DNA of 42,216 bases, taken from a virus. The notes under the pieces are model-generated. The model did no database searches, had not been told where the DNA came from, and saw only the letters and a program-made list of their open reading frames with translations. The position numbers and the translations under genes were made by a program. Below are positions 8,058 through 16,977 of the stretch, one piece after another. Position 1 is the stretch's first letter, and each line of letters starts with the position of its first letter. The stretch is from IMG/VR virus record IMGVR_UViG_3300013939_000003. One strand, 5' to 3'.

Positions 8058-8953
8058 TGGGTAGCGTCAACACGATCATCCAAGCCAACAACATCACTCG
8101 AATCCAGAAGGGCGAGTACGATGCGAAGGTGATGATCCAGCAGGCGAACAACAAGCGTGAGGCCGCAAAGGTTTCGCTCGCTGAGTTCAGCCGCTCGCTG
8201 GGCAACACCTTGCGCATTGAAGCCGCAGGCAAGGAGTTCAACGAAGCGACCAGCAATCTTGCTGCGTCTCTGGAAGGTCGCACGACCAACCGGCTGAACT
8301 CCTCGCTGGCTGCTGCTGAACGCATGGGTGCACTGGCCGCGCAGGCTGGTGCACTCGGCGTCGGTGGTTCCAGCGTTGAGCTTCTGAGCGACACGATCAA
8401 ACTACAGCGCAATGTGGAGCAGGACTTGCAACAGCAAGCGACGACTCGACTTGCTGCACAAGGTAGTCGTGCGAACGCGCAGATCATGGACAACGCCTAC
8501 AATCAGATTGACTTGCAGCAGACGTTCGGCTCGTTCGATCATACGGTGTACATTGCACCTAAGCGAATGAAGCGACGACTCGGCAAGCTGATCGGTGTGG
8601 CAGTCGCAACGTACTTTGGTGGGCCGATGGCCGGTGAGGCTGTCGCTGACTTTGCAGTCGGTACGTGGCAAGCTGACAACGCGAACTTCCAAGGCATGTC
8701 GCAGTCCTTCGACTCTGGCTTTCAGAATGCGATCAAGGGCTATCAGACGTGGAGTGCGCTGCAAGGTGGCGATGGCCCGAAGTCGTGGTTCGGTGCGGTA
8801 ACGCAGAAGCAGAACCAACAGGCTGACGCCGCAGCGGCGAAGAATCAGAACATCAACTGGGGTGGCTTCACTCCGGGAGAGGACTCGACGTTCGGCTCTG
8901 GATTCGGCAACAACTGGGATTGGCTGTTCGGTGGCACGGGCAGCGGTCAATAA
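8057..8953 (+). CDS. Internal virion protein (gp13/gp14 position)
   Basis: Start ATG 8057 overlaps the upstream stop (TAATG). 298 aa, coiled-coil rich, with a hydrophobic Gly-rich segment GKLIGVAVATYFGGPMAGEAVADFAVG. Confidence 0.7.
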   Translation: MGSVNTIIQANNITRIQKGEYDAKVMIQQANNKREAAKVSLAEFSRSLGNTLRIEAAGKEFNEATSNLAASLEGRTTNRLNSSLAAAERMGALAAQAGALGVGGSSVELLSDTIKLQRNVEQDLQQQATTRLAAQGSRANAQIMDNAYNQIDLQQTFGSFDHTVYIAPKRMKRRLGKLIGVAVATYFGGPMAGEAVADFAVGTWQADNANFQGMSQSFDSGFQNAIKGYQTWSALQGGDGPKSWFGAVTQKQNQQADAAAAKNQNINWGGFTPGEDSTFGSGFGNNWDWLFGGTGSGQ

Positions 8954-8966
8954 CTAGGAGACAACA

Positions 8967-11294
8967 ATGGCAGAGATCAACGCAGCAATGCCTGTGTTCC
9001 AGTTCCAACCGGAGACGGTGCGGAGCAGCGGAGCAGGGGCATCCGGTGCGGCACCGCGCCTCGGTGTCTCCGGTGGCGAAGGTTCACGCGCAGGCGTGGA
9101 GATCATCGCCGACACACGCGACTTGGGTGCGGGCAGTTCGCTGCCCGCCTTCCTTGAGGAAGCGTTTGCTCCGAAGCTGAAAGCTGTGCAGCAGCAGAAG
9201 TTTTGGAGTGGCTTCACCGCAGCGCGCGCTGGTAAGAGCGCAGCTGACATCCACGCAGAGCAGCCGTGGTACGCGCACATCTTCGGCCCCACCAGCTACG
9301 AGCTTGGTGCCGAGACGTTCGCTGTGCAGAAAGCAGCGAGCGACATGGAGACGCAGTTCATCGAGCGTCTGCCTGAGTTGCGCAAGATGTCACCCGAAGA
9401 AGTCGGCGTCGAACTCAATACGATGGCGACGAACATGCAGACGGGCAACCTGTACACGGACGCACTGATTCAGAAGTCCATGATGGAACGTGCAGGCCCG
9501 ATGATGGACACGCACATGAAGGCCCGCTATGCGTGGCAGCAAGAGGAACTGGCCCGTGGTCAGAACTCGGCGTGGTTGTCGGCAAGCTCTGCATTCCAAG
9601 CTGCGGCTGTCGATGATGCCAAGCGTGGGCGCGAACATCCTGCGGAGGCTCCGACTGTGGAGCAGCTTCGAGAGCGCGGCCAACTGTTCTTGCAGACGTT
9701 CCAATCTCCCGAGGGACAGAACCCCGAGAGCTACCTGAACAACCTGCTGACGACTGTCGATCAGATGGCCGATCAAGGTGACTGGTATAGCATTCGTGCA
9801 CTCGAAGCGAGTGGGCTGCTTGGGCAGCTGCCGCCCGAGGACAGGGACAAACTGGATGGTCGCATTGATCGTGCACGCTCAAAGTACAAGCGCAACCTTG
9901 CAAGCGGCCCGCTGATGAAGCCAATCGCGCAGCTGTTCACGCAAGCGAAGGCTGGTGCTATCAGCGCCGAGTCTGCGGTCAACGGCATGTTTGAGATCAA
10001 CGCGCAGTACGCTGCGCTGACTGGCGACGACACCGGCCTGTTCGATCAGGACGACGCGATCCGCATTGCGGAGAGTGCGGGCGGTGCGTACTACAGCATG
10101 TGGGAACGCATGATGAACAAGCGTGATGCTGCCATCGAGAAGGCTCAGACGGCTGCGGAGAAGGAAGCAGCAGAGGCTCGCGGTGACGCGCAGCTGGTTG
10201 CTGCTGTCACGACCAACAGCCTTGGCACTGTGTCGCACATGAAGGGTGTGACGACGGATGACGCCGATCGTGCATTCAATTCCGTCATCGACCAAAACCC
10301 TGCGATGCTGCCAGAGGTTGCTGTCGGCAACTACGCAGTGTCCACGAGCGGCAAGGAGCCGTACGTCTCCGCGCGACTCAAGACCCGGTTGCAGAATCAG
10401 GTTGCGTTGTCGGCTGGTGAGGAATACACGGACGGGTTCGAGCAGGCGTATCAAGCATGGCGCAGCATTCGCTATCACGAGATCGACAATGGCAACGGCG
10501 TGACTGATCGGACTTCCGGTCTGTCCACGGCCATCGAATACTACGGGCCGTTCCAGACGCAGATGCAGGCGTATGACGATCAGGTGCGTGCGGGTACTCC
10601 GCGCGAGATCGCTTATCGTCGTGCGTTCGGCAACGAGGCCAGCTACGCTGGTGGCAACTTGCGAGGCGTCGATGCCGACGCGACCAAAGCCGCACGCGAG
10701 CAACTGACCACCGTGGTACAGCGGATCAATCCGTCGTGGTGGCAGCTGGGTTCTGAGTCGATGGGTTCGAGTGCGACCAACGTGGTGACCAACGCCGCGT
10801 CTCGCTACTTCGAGCAGATCAAGCGCAACGATCCTGCGATCAACGATCAGGAAGCTGCGAACCAAGCTGTGCAGATGGCACAGGCCAATGGCTTGGAGAT
10901 CAGTGGTCGGTACGCATGGCAGAATGTGCGAGGCCAGAAACCGCTGTACGCTGAGGCTGGTATGCAGAAGGACGTGTTCGAGGATTACTTCGAGCAAGCC
11001 CTGACCAACCGCTTCCGTGCGCAGGGCATGCGCATCGCTAAGGACACCAGCGTCTCGATCATCCGCATCGGCAACGACACGAACGGCCCGCGCCTCATGG
11101 CTACGGCGTATCGTGATGGTGAGCGCAAGACGATCTGGATCACTGGCGACGACATCAAGAAGCTGCGCAACCAGCGAGCCGAGTACGAAGTGCAACGCAA
11201 CAACACCATGATCCCCGGCCAACGTGTCGGTGACATGATCCGCATGCCTGATGGTAGCCTGCAAAGGGACATCAGCATTCAACCCAAACTCTAA
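8967..11294 (+). CDS. Internal virion (core/ejection) protein, T7 gp15-like
   Basis: 775 aa, second of three consecutive large core genes. Confidence 0.75.
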   Translation: MAEINAAMPVFQFQPETVRSSGAGASGAAPRLGVSGGEGSRAGVEIIADTRDLGAGSSLPAFLEEAFAPKLKAVQQQKFWSGFTAARAGKSAADIHAEQPWYAHIFGPTSYELGAETFAVQKAASDMETQFIERLPELRKMSPEEVGVELNTMATNMQTGNLYTDALIQKSMMERAGPMMDTHMKARYAWQQEELARGQNSAWLSASSAFQAAAVDDAKRGREHPAEAPTVEQLRERGQLFLQTFQSPEGQNPESYLNNLLTTVDQMADQGDWYSIRALEASGLLGQLPPEDRDKLDGRIDRARSKYKRNLASGPLMKPIAQLFTQAKAGAISAESAVNGMFEINAQYAALTGDDTGLFDQDDAIRIAESAGGAYYSMWERMMNKRDAAIEKAQTAAEKEAAEARGDAQLVAAVTTNSLGTVSHMKGVTTDDADRAFNSVIDQNPAMLPEVAVGNYAVSTSGKEPYVSARLKTRLQNQVALSAGEEYTDGFEQAYQAWRSIRYHEIDNGNGVTDRTSGLSTAIEYYGPFQTQMQAYDDQVRAGTPREIAYRRAFGNEASYAGGNLRGVDADATKAAREQLTTVVQRINPSWWQLGSESMGSSATNVVTNAASRYFEQIKRNDPAINDQEAANQAVQMAQANGLEISGRYAWQNVRGQKPLYAEAGMQKDVFEDYFEQALTNRFRAQGMRIAKDTSVSIIRIGNDTNGPRLMATAYRDGERKTIWITGDDIKKLRNQRAEYEVQRNNTMIPGQRVGDMIRMPDGSLQRDISIQPKL

Positions 11295-11303
11295 GGAGCC
11301 AAC

Positions 11304-14300
11304 ATGGCGCTGGAAAATCTCAAAGGCTTGTCTCAGGACGAACAGTTCGAGGCTGCTGCGAAGTTCGCTGGTGTTCCGGCGTCTGTCCTCCGTGGCATTT
11401 GGCGCACCGAGTCGGCGGAGGGCAAGAACATGCTCTCCGCCGCCGGGGCGGAAGGACACTTCCAAATCATGCCGACCACGCGCAAGACGTGGGAGGATCG
11501 CGTGGGTCGCAAGCTCGACCCGTACGACTTCGCGGATGGGCTGACGCTCGCCGCATTGACGATGCGCGAGAACTTGCAGGCGACGAAGGGCAATGTGCCC
11601 GACGCACTGCGCATGTACAACGCTGGGCCTGACCGCTCGCGTTGGAACAATGCAGAGACACGAGCGTACGCTGCCAAGGTGCTGGGCACCGACGCAGATA
11701 CGGCAACGTCCACGAGCGAGTACGACATCCGCCCGTCCAGCTTCGAGCGCCCCGATGCGCAGGAAGCATGGACGACGAGTGCGTACGACATCATGGGCAT
11801 GGCGAACAAAGACGCGAGCGGTTCCGCCTCGAAGGAATACTTGTCCGACGTGGAGAAGGGAGTCATCGCGCAGGCTGGTGTGGAGTCGGCTACTGCCGCT
11901 GCTGTCACTGGTCAAGACCCTGCACAAGCCGCACTGGCCGGTCGGCAGAACGTCCGCAGTGACGTAACTGCTGTTACTGGTCAGGTCATCGACAAGCTCG
12001 GTGAAGCGCCGGTTGGTACTGGTGGCGACAGCGGTGGCTGGGAAGCGATCCTCGATCAAGCAGTGACCGAGGAGCAGCGGCAGAAAGAGATCGACGCCAT
12101 TACCTTTGGCGACAAGTTCGGTGCAGCGTTCGACAACAACACGTTGACCGCAGGTATCCTGCACTTCATCGAACGACAGAACGGCCCGGTGTCTCGTCCC
12201 GATCCGAACTGGAACTACATGGATCACATTGACGAGGTGGAGAAAGATCGTAGTGCAGATGAGATTGACGAGTTGCGTGAAGCACGCAGCCAAGGGGAAG
12301 TGGGTCTCATCAAATCTCGACAGGATAAAGAGCGCGAGAACAACCGCATCATCGCTGCTGGTAGCTCTGACGGAGCCATCATCGGATACAACCTCGCCGC
12401 TGGTGTTGCAGACCCAGTGGGCTGGTTGGCTGGCTTTGGTGTGGGTAAGGCGTTTCAGGTTGTGGGCGTTGGCTCGCGCGCTGCATTTGCTGCTGGCAAT
12501 ACGGGGCGTGGCTTCCTGTTGGCCGGTGCGGAAGGTGCGGCAGGTAATCTGCTGACCACATCTGCGCTCGACGCGATGGGTGAGCATCAGTCCACGAGTG
12601 ACTACGCGATGAGCGCAGGCTTCGGTATGCTGATCGGAAGTGGCTTCGGTGCGCTGGAATGGCGCGGCCAAGCTCGCGTCCGTGCGCAACAGGAGTTCAC
12701 CGACATGGCTGAACGATTCCAGCAGAGCGCAGCAGAGCAGAATGCCAAGCTGTATCAGCAGGCTGTCGCTGAGGCAGGCCCGGATGCAACGTCCGAGCAG
12801 ATCGCGGCTGCTGCAACGCGCATCAACGCGCAGCAGGAGAGTCGTATCCTAGACACCGTGTTCGGTGACATCCCCGACAACATGCGGCTGTTCCCACGCC
12901 CTGACGTGGATGGCCCCGTGTTCGCCACGCCGGAAGCTCCGGCTGGTGTTGTGGTGCCCGAGCGCGTTGCAAGCACTGAGCGGTTGCCTGTTGAGTTCAC
13001 ACAGGAAGTGGATGGTGACGGTACGACCTACACGTTCACGTTCGGTGGCAAGGAAGTAGGTTCGATTGAAGTCAACGAAGCAGGCGGCGTGATGTCGTCC
13101 AAGGTTGACGAAGCTGTGCGTGGACAGGGCATTGGTAAGTCGATGTACATGGAGTTGGCTGATCGCCAGCTGCGGCTTGGCCGTCCGTTCACGAGCGATG
13201 GTTCGGTGACGGAGGATGCAGCGCGCGTGTGGGAATCGCTTGGGCGTGACTACACGGTGACGAAGAATCCGACTGCGGTGTTCGAGTCGGGTGCGTGGCT
13301 CACGGAAGATGGTGGCCCAGTGTTCTCGCTGACTGCGAAGGAAGCTGCACCTCCGGCTGCTGCGCCCACGCGCAACGATTCGCTGCCCGGTGCTATCCTG
13401 AACACTCGTCGCAAGCGCCAAGCTGCCTACAAGCGGTACGGACTGGATGTGAGTATCGCCGATGATGCGGAGCGCAAGATGGTTGCGGAAGTGTTCGCAC
13501 GCGCTGAACGTGTCCTCGGTGAGAACCCGGTCGATGTAGAGCGGCTGCGCCCCATCCTGTCGAAGATCGGTTGGGAAGCAACCTCGACGCGCATGCTACT
13601 GTCGGACAACCCGGTGATGCGTGCGTTCGCTGTCGTGGCGTTGGAGAACCCGGAAGGTGCAGCTGGCCGCAAGGTCACGGCTGCAATGACCAAGAGCATG
13701 CGCGAGCGCGTGTACCTTGGCAACACCTTGCGCGATTACGAGAACGCCTACGCTGTGTGGCGCAACCGCAATGGTGGCTCCGCACTCCGCGACTTCTACG
13801 ATGATACTCTGCGCCGTCGCTTCGACAAGGAAGTGTACGCAGAGCGTGATCGTCGCTGGAACGGTAAGGAAGGTCAGCCCATCGACCGAGAGGTTGGTGC
13901 GGCAAGTGATGCGCTCGACCTTGGCTATCAGCGCATGGGGCGGGATCAAGCGTACGTCGGCACCATCGGTGCAGCGCGACTCGACTACGAGAAGCGTGGC
14001 TACCAGCCGCGTCGCATGGCTCCCGGCATGGTGGCACAGCTGAACGATGCGCAACGTCGTGCGTTCACTGAGGCGCTGTCGTTCGAGTTCCAGATCAGTG
14101 CTGGCTTCGACAAGGAGTTCGCTGACCGCTTCGCAATCAAGTACATCGAACGAGCGCAGACTCGTGCGAAGGGTGCATACGATGTGCCCGCGAACTTGCA
14201 CAGCGACGATGCTGCGGACATCATCCGCGACTCGCTGCGCGCAATGTCCATGAACGAGGAGCAGATCGCTCAGGTCATGGGCCGCTTCTCTCGTGGTGGT

Positions 14301-15776
14301 GCATCGCACACGAAGGCGCGTATCGACGCTGACCTGACGACGATGTACGACGACGGTGCTGGTGGCAACGTGCAGCTGATGGACTTGATGAACACCAACA
14401 ACCTCGACCTGTTCCGACAGTACGCTCGCCGCGTTAGCGGTGAAGTGTCCCTTGCCAAGTACGGCATCATGGGTGAGCAGGGCATGAAGGAACTGCGCAT
14501 GGCAATGACGGTCGGTGCTGACGGCATGCGTGCGACTGCAAAGGAGTTGGAAGCGTTCGATCAGGTTGCGGCTGAATTCCTTGGCCGTCCGTTCGGTTCA
14601 CAGCTGGGCAAGTGGGCAGACAATGCCCGCTCGTTCACCAGTGCACTGCGACTCGGTGGTATGGGGTTCAACCAGTTCAACGAGTACGCGAACGGTGTGG
14701 CAAGCATCGGTGTGTTGCGTAGCTTCAAGGCTATGACTGCGCTGCCGCGACTTATGGGCGAAGTGCGTGAGTTGAAGTCGGGACGACCGGCCAAGAACTC
14801 GCTGCTCGGCTCGATGGAGCTGTACGGTGGTGAGTTCGGCATGGATGGCTACCGCATGCAGGGCATGTACGATGTGAACGAAGGCTTCGAGGTGTACGGC
14901 ACTGAGGCGCTAGGTGTGTTCGACAAGGCTATCCGCGCTGGCGCACACGCCAACCGGGTGTTGTCGGGTCACCGCGCAATCACCGCTGTGCAGATTCGTG
15001 GCATGGCTGAACAGATCGTGCAGAAATCTCTGCGCTATATCCGTGAGGGTGTAGAAGATGCGGCGCTCGATGACATGGGCATCAACGCAGCAGTGCGGGA
15101 TGCTATGCGTGCTGACTTGAACAAGGTCGCTACGTTCGGTGCCGATGGTGAAGTGCGTTCGTTCGACATCACCAAGATGCAGGACAACGCTGCGGCTCAC
15201 GCTTACATGGTGGCCGTGCATCGTGGTGCGAATCAGATCATCCAAGAGACCTACATCGGCGAGACCGGCAAGTGGGCACACGACGGCTGGCTCAAGCTGC
15301 TGACACAGTTCCGCACCTACGGCATCACGGCGACGCAGAAGCAGTGGCGTAGGCAGGCGTTCACGCACGGCACCGCCCGCGCGCTGGGCTTCCTGCTGGG
15401 CGCGATGAGCGTGGCACTGCCGATCCACTTGGCACGTGTCCAGCTGCGTGCTGCGGGTCGCAATGACCGCGAGGAGTTCTTGGACAGGGAACTGTCGCCC
15501 GTGGCGCTGGGACGCGCTACGATGAACTACGTGTCGTCTGTGGGCCTGTTGCCTGACGTGCTGGACATCGGTTCCAGTGTGGTCGGCGCGGACATCACGG
15601 GCGGTCGCGCAGGCAACACCTCGCCCTTCGTGGGCGGACAGATCGTTCCAGCAGCGGGCGTAGTGAATGACGTGTGGCGCGCGGCTCAGACCAAAGACCC
15701 GCACCGCATGGTGAAGCTGCTCCCCGGCTCCAACCTGCCGTACCTGCAAGGGGCGATCAACCAGCTAGACGAATGA
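11304..15776 (+). CDS. Internal virion protein with N-terminal lytic transglycosylase domain, T7 gp16-like
   Basis: 1490 aa. SLT motifs WRTESAEG...GAEGHFQIMPTT...MYNAGP are near the N-terminus. Glycine-zipper hydrophobic segments occur around aa 350-450. A GNAT-like motif RGQGIGK is at codons 606-612. Confidence 0.9.
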   Translation: MALENLKGLSQDEQFEAAAKFAGVPASVLRGIWRTESAEGKNMLSAAGAEGHFQIMPTTRKTWEDRVGRKLDPYDFADGLTLAALTMRENLQATKGNVPDALRMYNAGPDRSRWNNAETRAYAAKVLGTDADTATSTSEYDIRPSSFERPDAQEAWTTSAYDIMGMANKDASGSASKEYLSDVEKGVIAQAGVESATAAAVTGQDPAQAALAGRQNVRSDVTAVTGQVIDKLGEAPVGTGGDSGGWEAILDQAVTEEQRQKEIDAITFGDKFGAAFDNNTLTAGILHFIERQNGPVSRPDPNWNYMDHIDEVEKDRSADEIDELREARSQGEVGLIKSRQDKERENNRIIAAGSSDGAIIGYNLAAGVADPVGWLAGFGVGKAFQVVGVGSRAAFAAGNTGRGFLLAGAEGAAGNLLTTSALDAMGEHQSTSDYAMSAGFGMLIGSGFGALEWRGQARVRAQQEFTDMAERFQQSAAEQNAKLYQQAVAEAGPDATSEQIAAAATRINAQQESRILDTVFGDIPDNMRLFPRPDVDGPVFATPEAPAGVVVPERVASTERLPVEFTQEVDGDGTTYTFTFGGKEVGSIEVNEAGGVMSSKVDEAVRGQGIGKSMYMELADRQLRLGRPFTSDGSVTEDAARVWESLGRDYTVTKNPTAVFESGAWLTEDGGPVFSLTAKEAAPPAAAPTRNDSLPGAILNTRRKRQAAYKRYGLDVSIADDAERKMVAEVFARAERVLGENPVDVERLRPILSKIGWEATSTRMLLSDNPVMRAFAVVALENPEGAAGRKVTAAMTKSMRERVYLGNTLRDYENAYAVWRNRNGGSALRDFYDDTLRRRFDKEVYAERDRRWNGKEGQPIDREVGAASDALDLGYQRMGRDQAYVGTIGAARLDYEKRGYQPRRMAPGMVAQLNDAQRRAFTEALSFEFQISAGFDKEFADRFAIKYIERAQTRAKGAYDVPANLHSDDAADIIRDSLRAMSMNEEQIAQVMGRFSRGGASHTKARIDADLTTMYDDGAGGNVQLMDLMNTNNLDLFRQYARRVSGEVSLAKYGIMGEQGMKELRMAMTVGADGMRATAKELEAFDQVAAEFLGRPFGSQLGKWADNARSFTSALRLGGMGFNQFNEYANGVASIGVLRSFKAMTALPRLMGEVRELKSGRPAKNSLLGSMELYGGEFGMDGYRMQGMYDVNEGFEVYGTEALGVFDKAIRAGAHANRVLSGHRAITAVQIRGMAEQIVQKSLRYIREGVEDAALDDMGINAAVRDAMRADLNKVATFGADGEVRSFDITKMQDNAAAHAYMVAVHRGANQIIQETYIGETGKWAHDGWLKLLTQFRTYGITATQKQWRRQAFTHGTARALGFLLGAMSVALPIHLARVQLRAAGRNDREEFLDRELSPVALGRATMNYVSSVGLLPDVLDIGSSVVGADITGGRAGNTSPFVGGQIVPAAGVVNDVWRAAQTKDPHRMVKLLPGSNLPYLQGAINQLDE

Positions 15777-15781
15777 CCGAC

Positions 15782-15803
15782 AGGGCCACAAGGACGTGGC
15801 CCT
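15782..15803 (+). terminator. Stem-loop directly after the gp16-like gene (possible terminator or RNA processing site)
   Basis: AGGGCCAC / GTGGCCCT, a perfect 8-bp stem with 6-nt loop, followed by ATTT that runs straight into promoter P3. Confidence 0.55.
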
Positions 15804-15804
15804 A

Positions 15805-15826
15805 TTTCGGCACCCTACATACACAG
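15805..15826 (+). promoter_or_regulatory. Phage RNAP promoter candidate P3 (TTTCGGCACCCTACATACACAG)
   Basis: 22-nt identity with P2 and P4. Intergenic, 18 nt upstream of the tail fibre gene ATG at 15844. Confidence 0.75.
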
Positions 15827-15843
15827 ATTCAAGGAGACCGCCA

Positions 15844-16974
15844 ATGGCGATCAACGATCCGAACTACCGCTATGCCACTCAGACGTGGGAAGCGGACGGC
15901 GTGCGTACCCAGTACGACATCGCCTTCGATGGCGGCTACATTCGGCAATCGGATGTCGTTGCCTTCTCCGTGCTGGTTGACGAGGACACTGGCCTTACGA
16001 CCGACCGGCAGATTCATCCTGTGGTTTTCCTCAGTGAATCCGTTGACCCGGAGACTGAGTGGAAAACTGCACAAGTCCAGATCACACCAGCCGTCCCGGC
16101 TGGGCGTCGGGTGGTTATCTTTCGCAGTACCGAGAAAAGTGCTGCGCTTGTTAACTATACGAACGGTTCGATCTTGACCGAGAAGAACCTCGACCTTGCC
16201 AATGACCAAAGCGTGTTCGGTATCGCTGAGATCATGGACGGCTTGAACGCTGCGCGTATCGACATCAACTCGCAGGTGCAAGAAGTCATCGACATGAACC
16301 AGCTGATTCAAGAACTCTACGAGCAGATCATCGAGTTGCTTGCCGCTGGTGGTATTGTCTCCGTCGCACCTCGCGTGTGGTTCGGGACGGGCAATGGCGA
16401 GGATACAGATTTCCCGTTGGTGGGAGCGGACGTGGACGGCTCCGGGTTCTACGATACCTACATTGGTGGTGTGGGTATGGAGCCGGACACGGACTACGCT
16501 ATCATCATGGGCGAGACCATCGCAGACACGCTGATCCGTTTCACGGTTCCGCCTGCTGATGGTGTTCGCTGGTTTACCGTGCTGCGCGGCTACGCCAAGC
16601 CCTACACCGGGCCGCAGCCTATCGTGTCTCTGTCGATGCCTGTCATCGACGTACCCGACCCGCAATACTTCATCGGCAAGGAAAGCGAGTACGCGCTGCT
16701 GCGCTCGCTCAATGACACCTCTGCCACTTTCTACGTCAAGGAGATTCCGATCTCTGGCGATCCCGCGAGCAAGCTGGGCGACGGTAGCTACGTGTCCATC
16801 ACGCAGCGCGGTGCCGCTCAGGTCATCTTGGAACCGGACACAGCAGAAGTGCAGCTGATCGTTCCAGCTGGTTACCTGCCCGCAACGCGTGCGCTGAACT
16901 CCGTGATCTCGATCACGTGCGAGTATGGTGATGGCAATGCGTGGATCGTCAGCGGTGATCTCGCCAAGGAGTAA
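15844..16974 (+). CDS. Tail fibre protein with T7 gp17-like N-terminal tail-attachment domain
   Basis: ATG 15844 has SD AAGGAG. The track's 15796 start would run through the promoter. The N-terminus INDPNYRYATQTWEADGVRTQYDIAF...ILTEKNLDLANDQSVFGIAEI resembles the gp17 N-terminal domain. Confidence 0.75.
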   Translation: MAINDPNYRYATQTWEADGVRTQYDIAFDGGYIRQSDVVAFSVLVDEDTGLTTDRQIHPVVFLSESVDPETEWKTAQVQITPAVPAGRRVVIFRSTEKSAALVNYTNGSILTEKNLDLANDQSVFGIAEIMDGLNAARIDINSQVQEVIDMNQLIQELYEQIIELLAAGGIVSVAPRVWFGTGNGEDTDFPLVGADVDGSGFYDTYIGGVGMEPDTDYAIIMGETIADTLIRFTVPPADGVRWFTVLRGYAKPYTGPQPIVSLSMPVIDVPDPQYFIGKESEYALLRSLNDTSATFYVKEIPISGDPASKLGDGSYVSITQRGAAQVILEPDTAEVQLIVPAGYLPATRALNSVISITCEYGDGNAWIVSGDLAKE

Positions 16975-16977
16975 CCC

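Noticed and set aside
9879-12689. Very long minus-strand ORF (936 aa). Other long minus-strand ORFs occur at 1357..2733, 3723..4829, 4613..5794, 36708..37733 and 40241..41338.
   Set aside because: They lie antisense to well-supported + strand genes with clear motifs. Their translations are Arg/Ala/Gly/His-rich and low in Lys/Asn, as expected for shadow frames in GC-rich DNA. There are no SD sites or motif content. T7-group phages transcribe one strand only.
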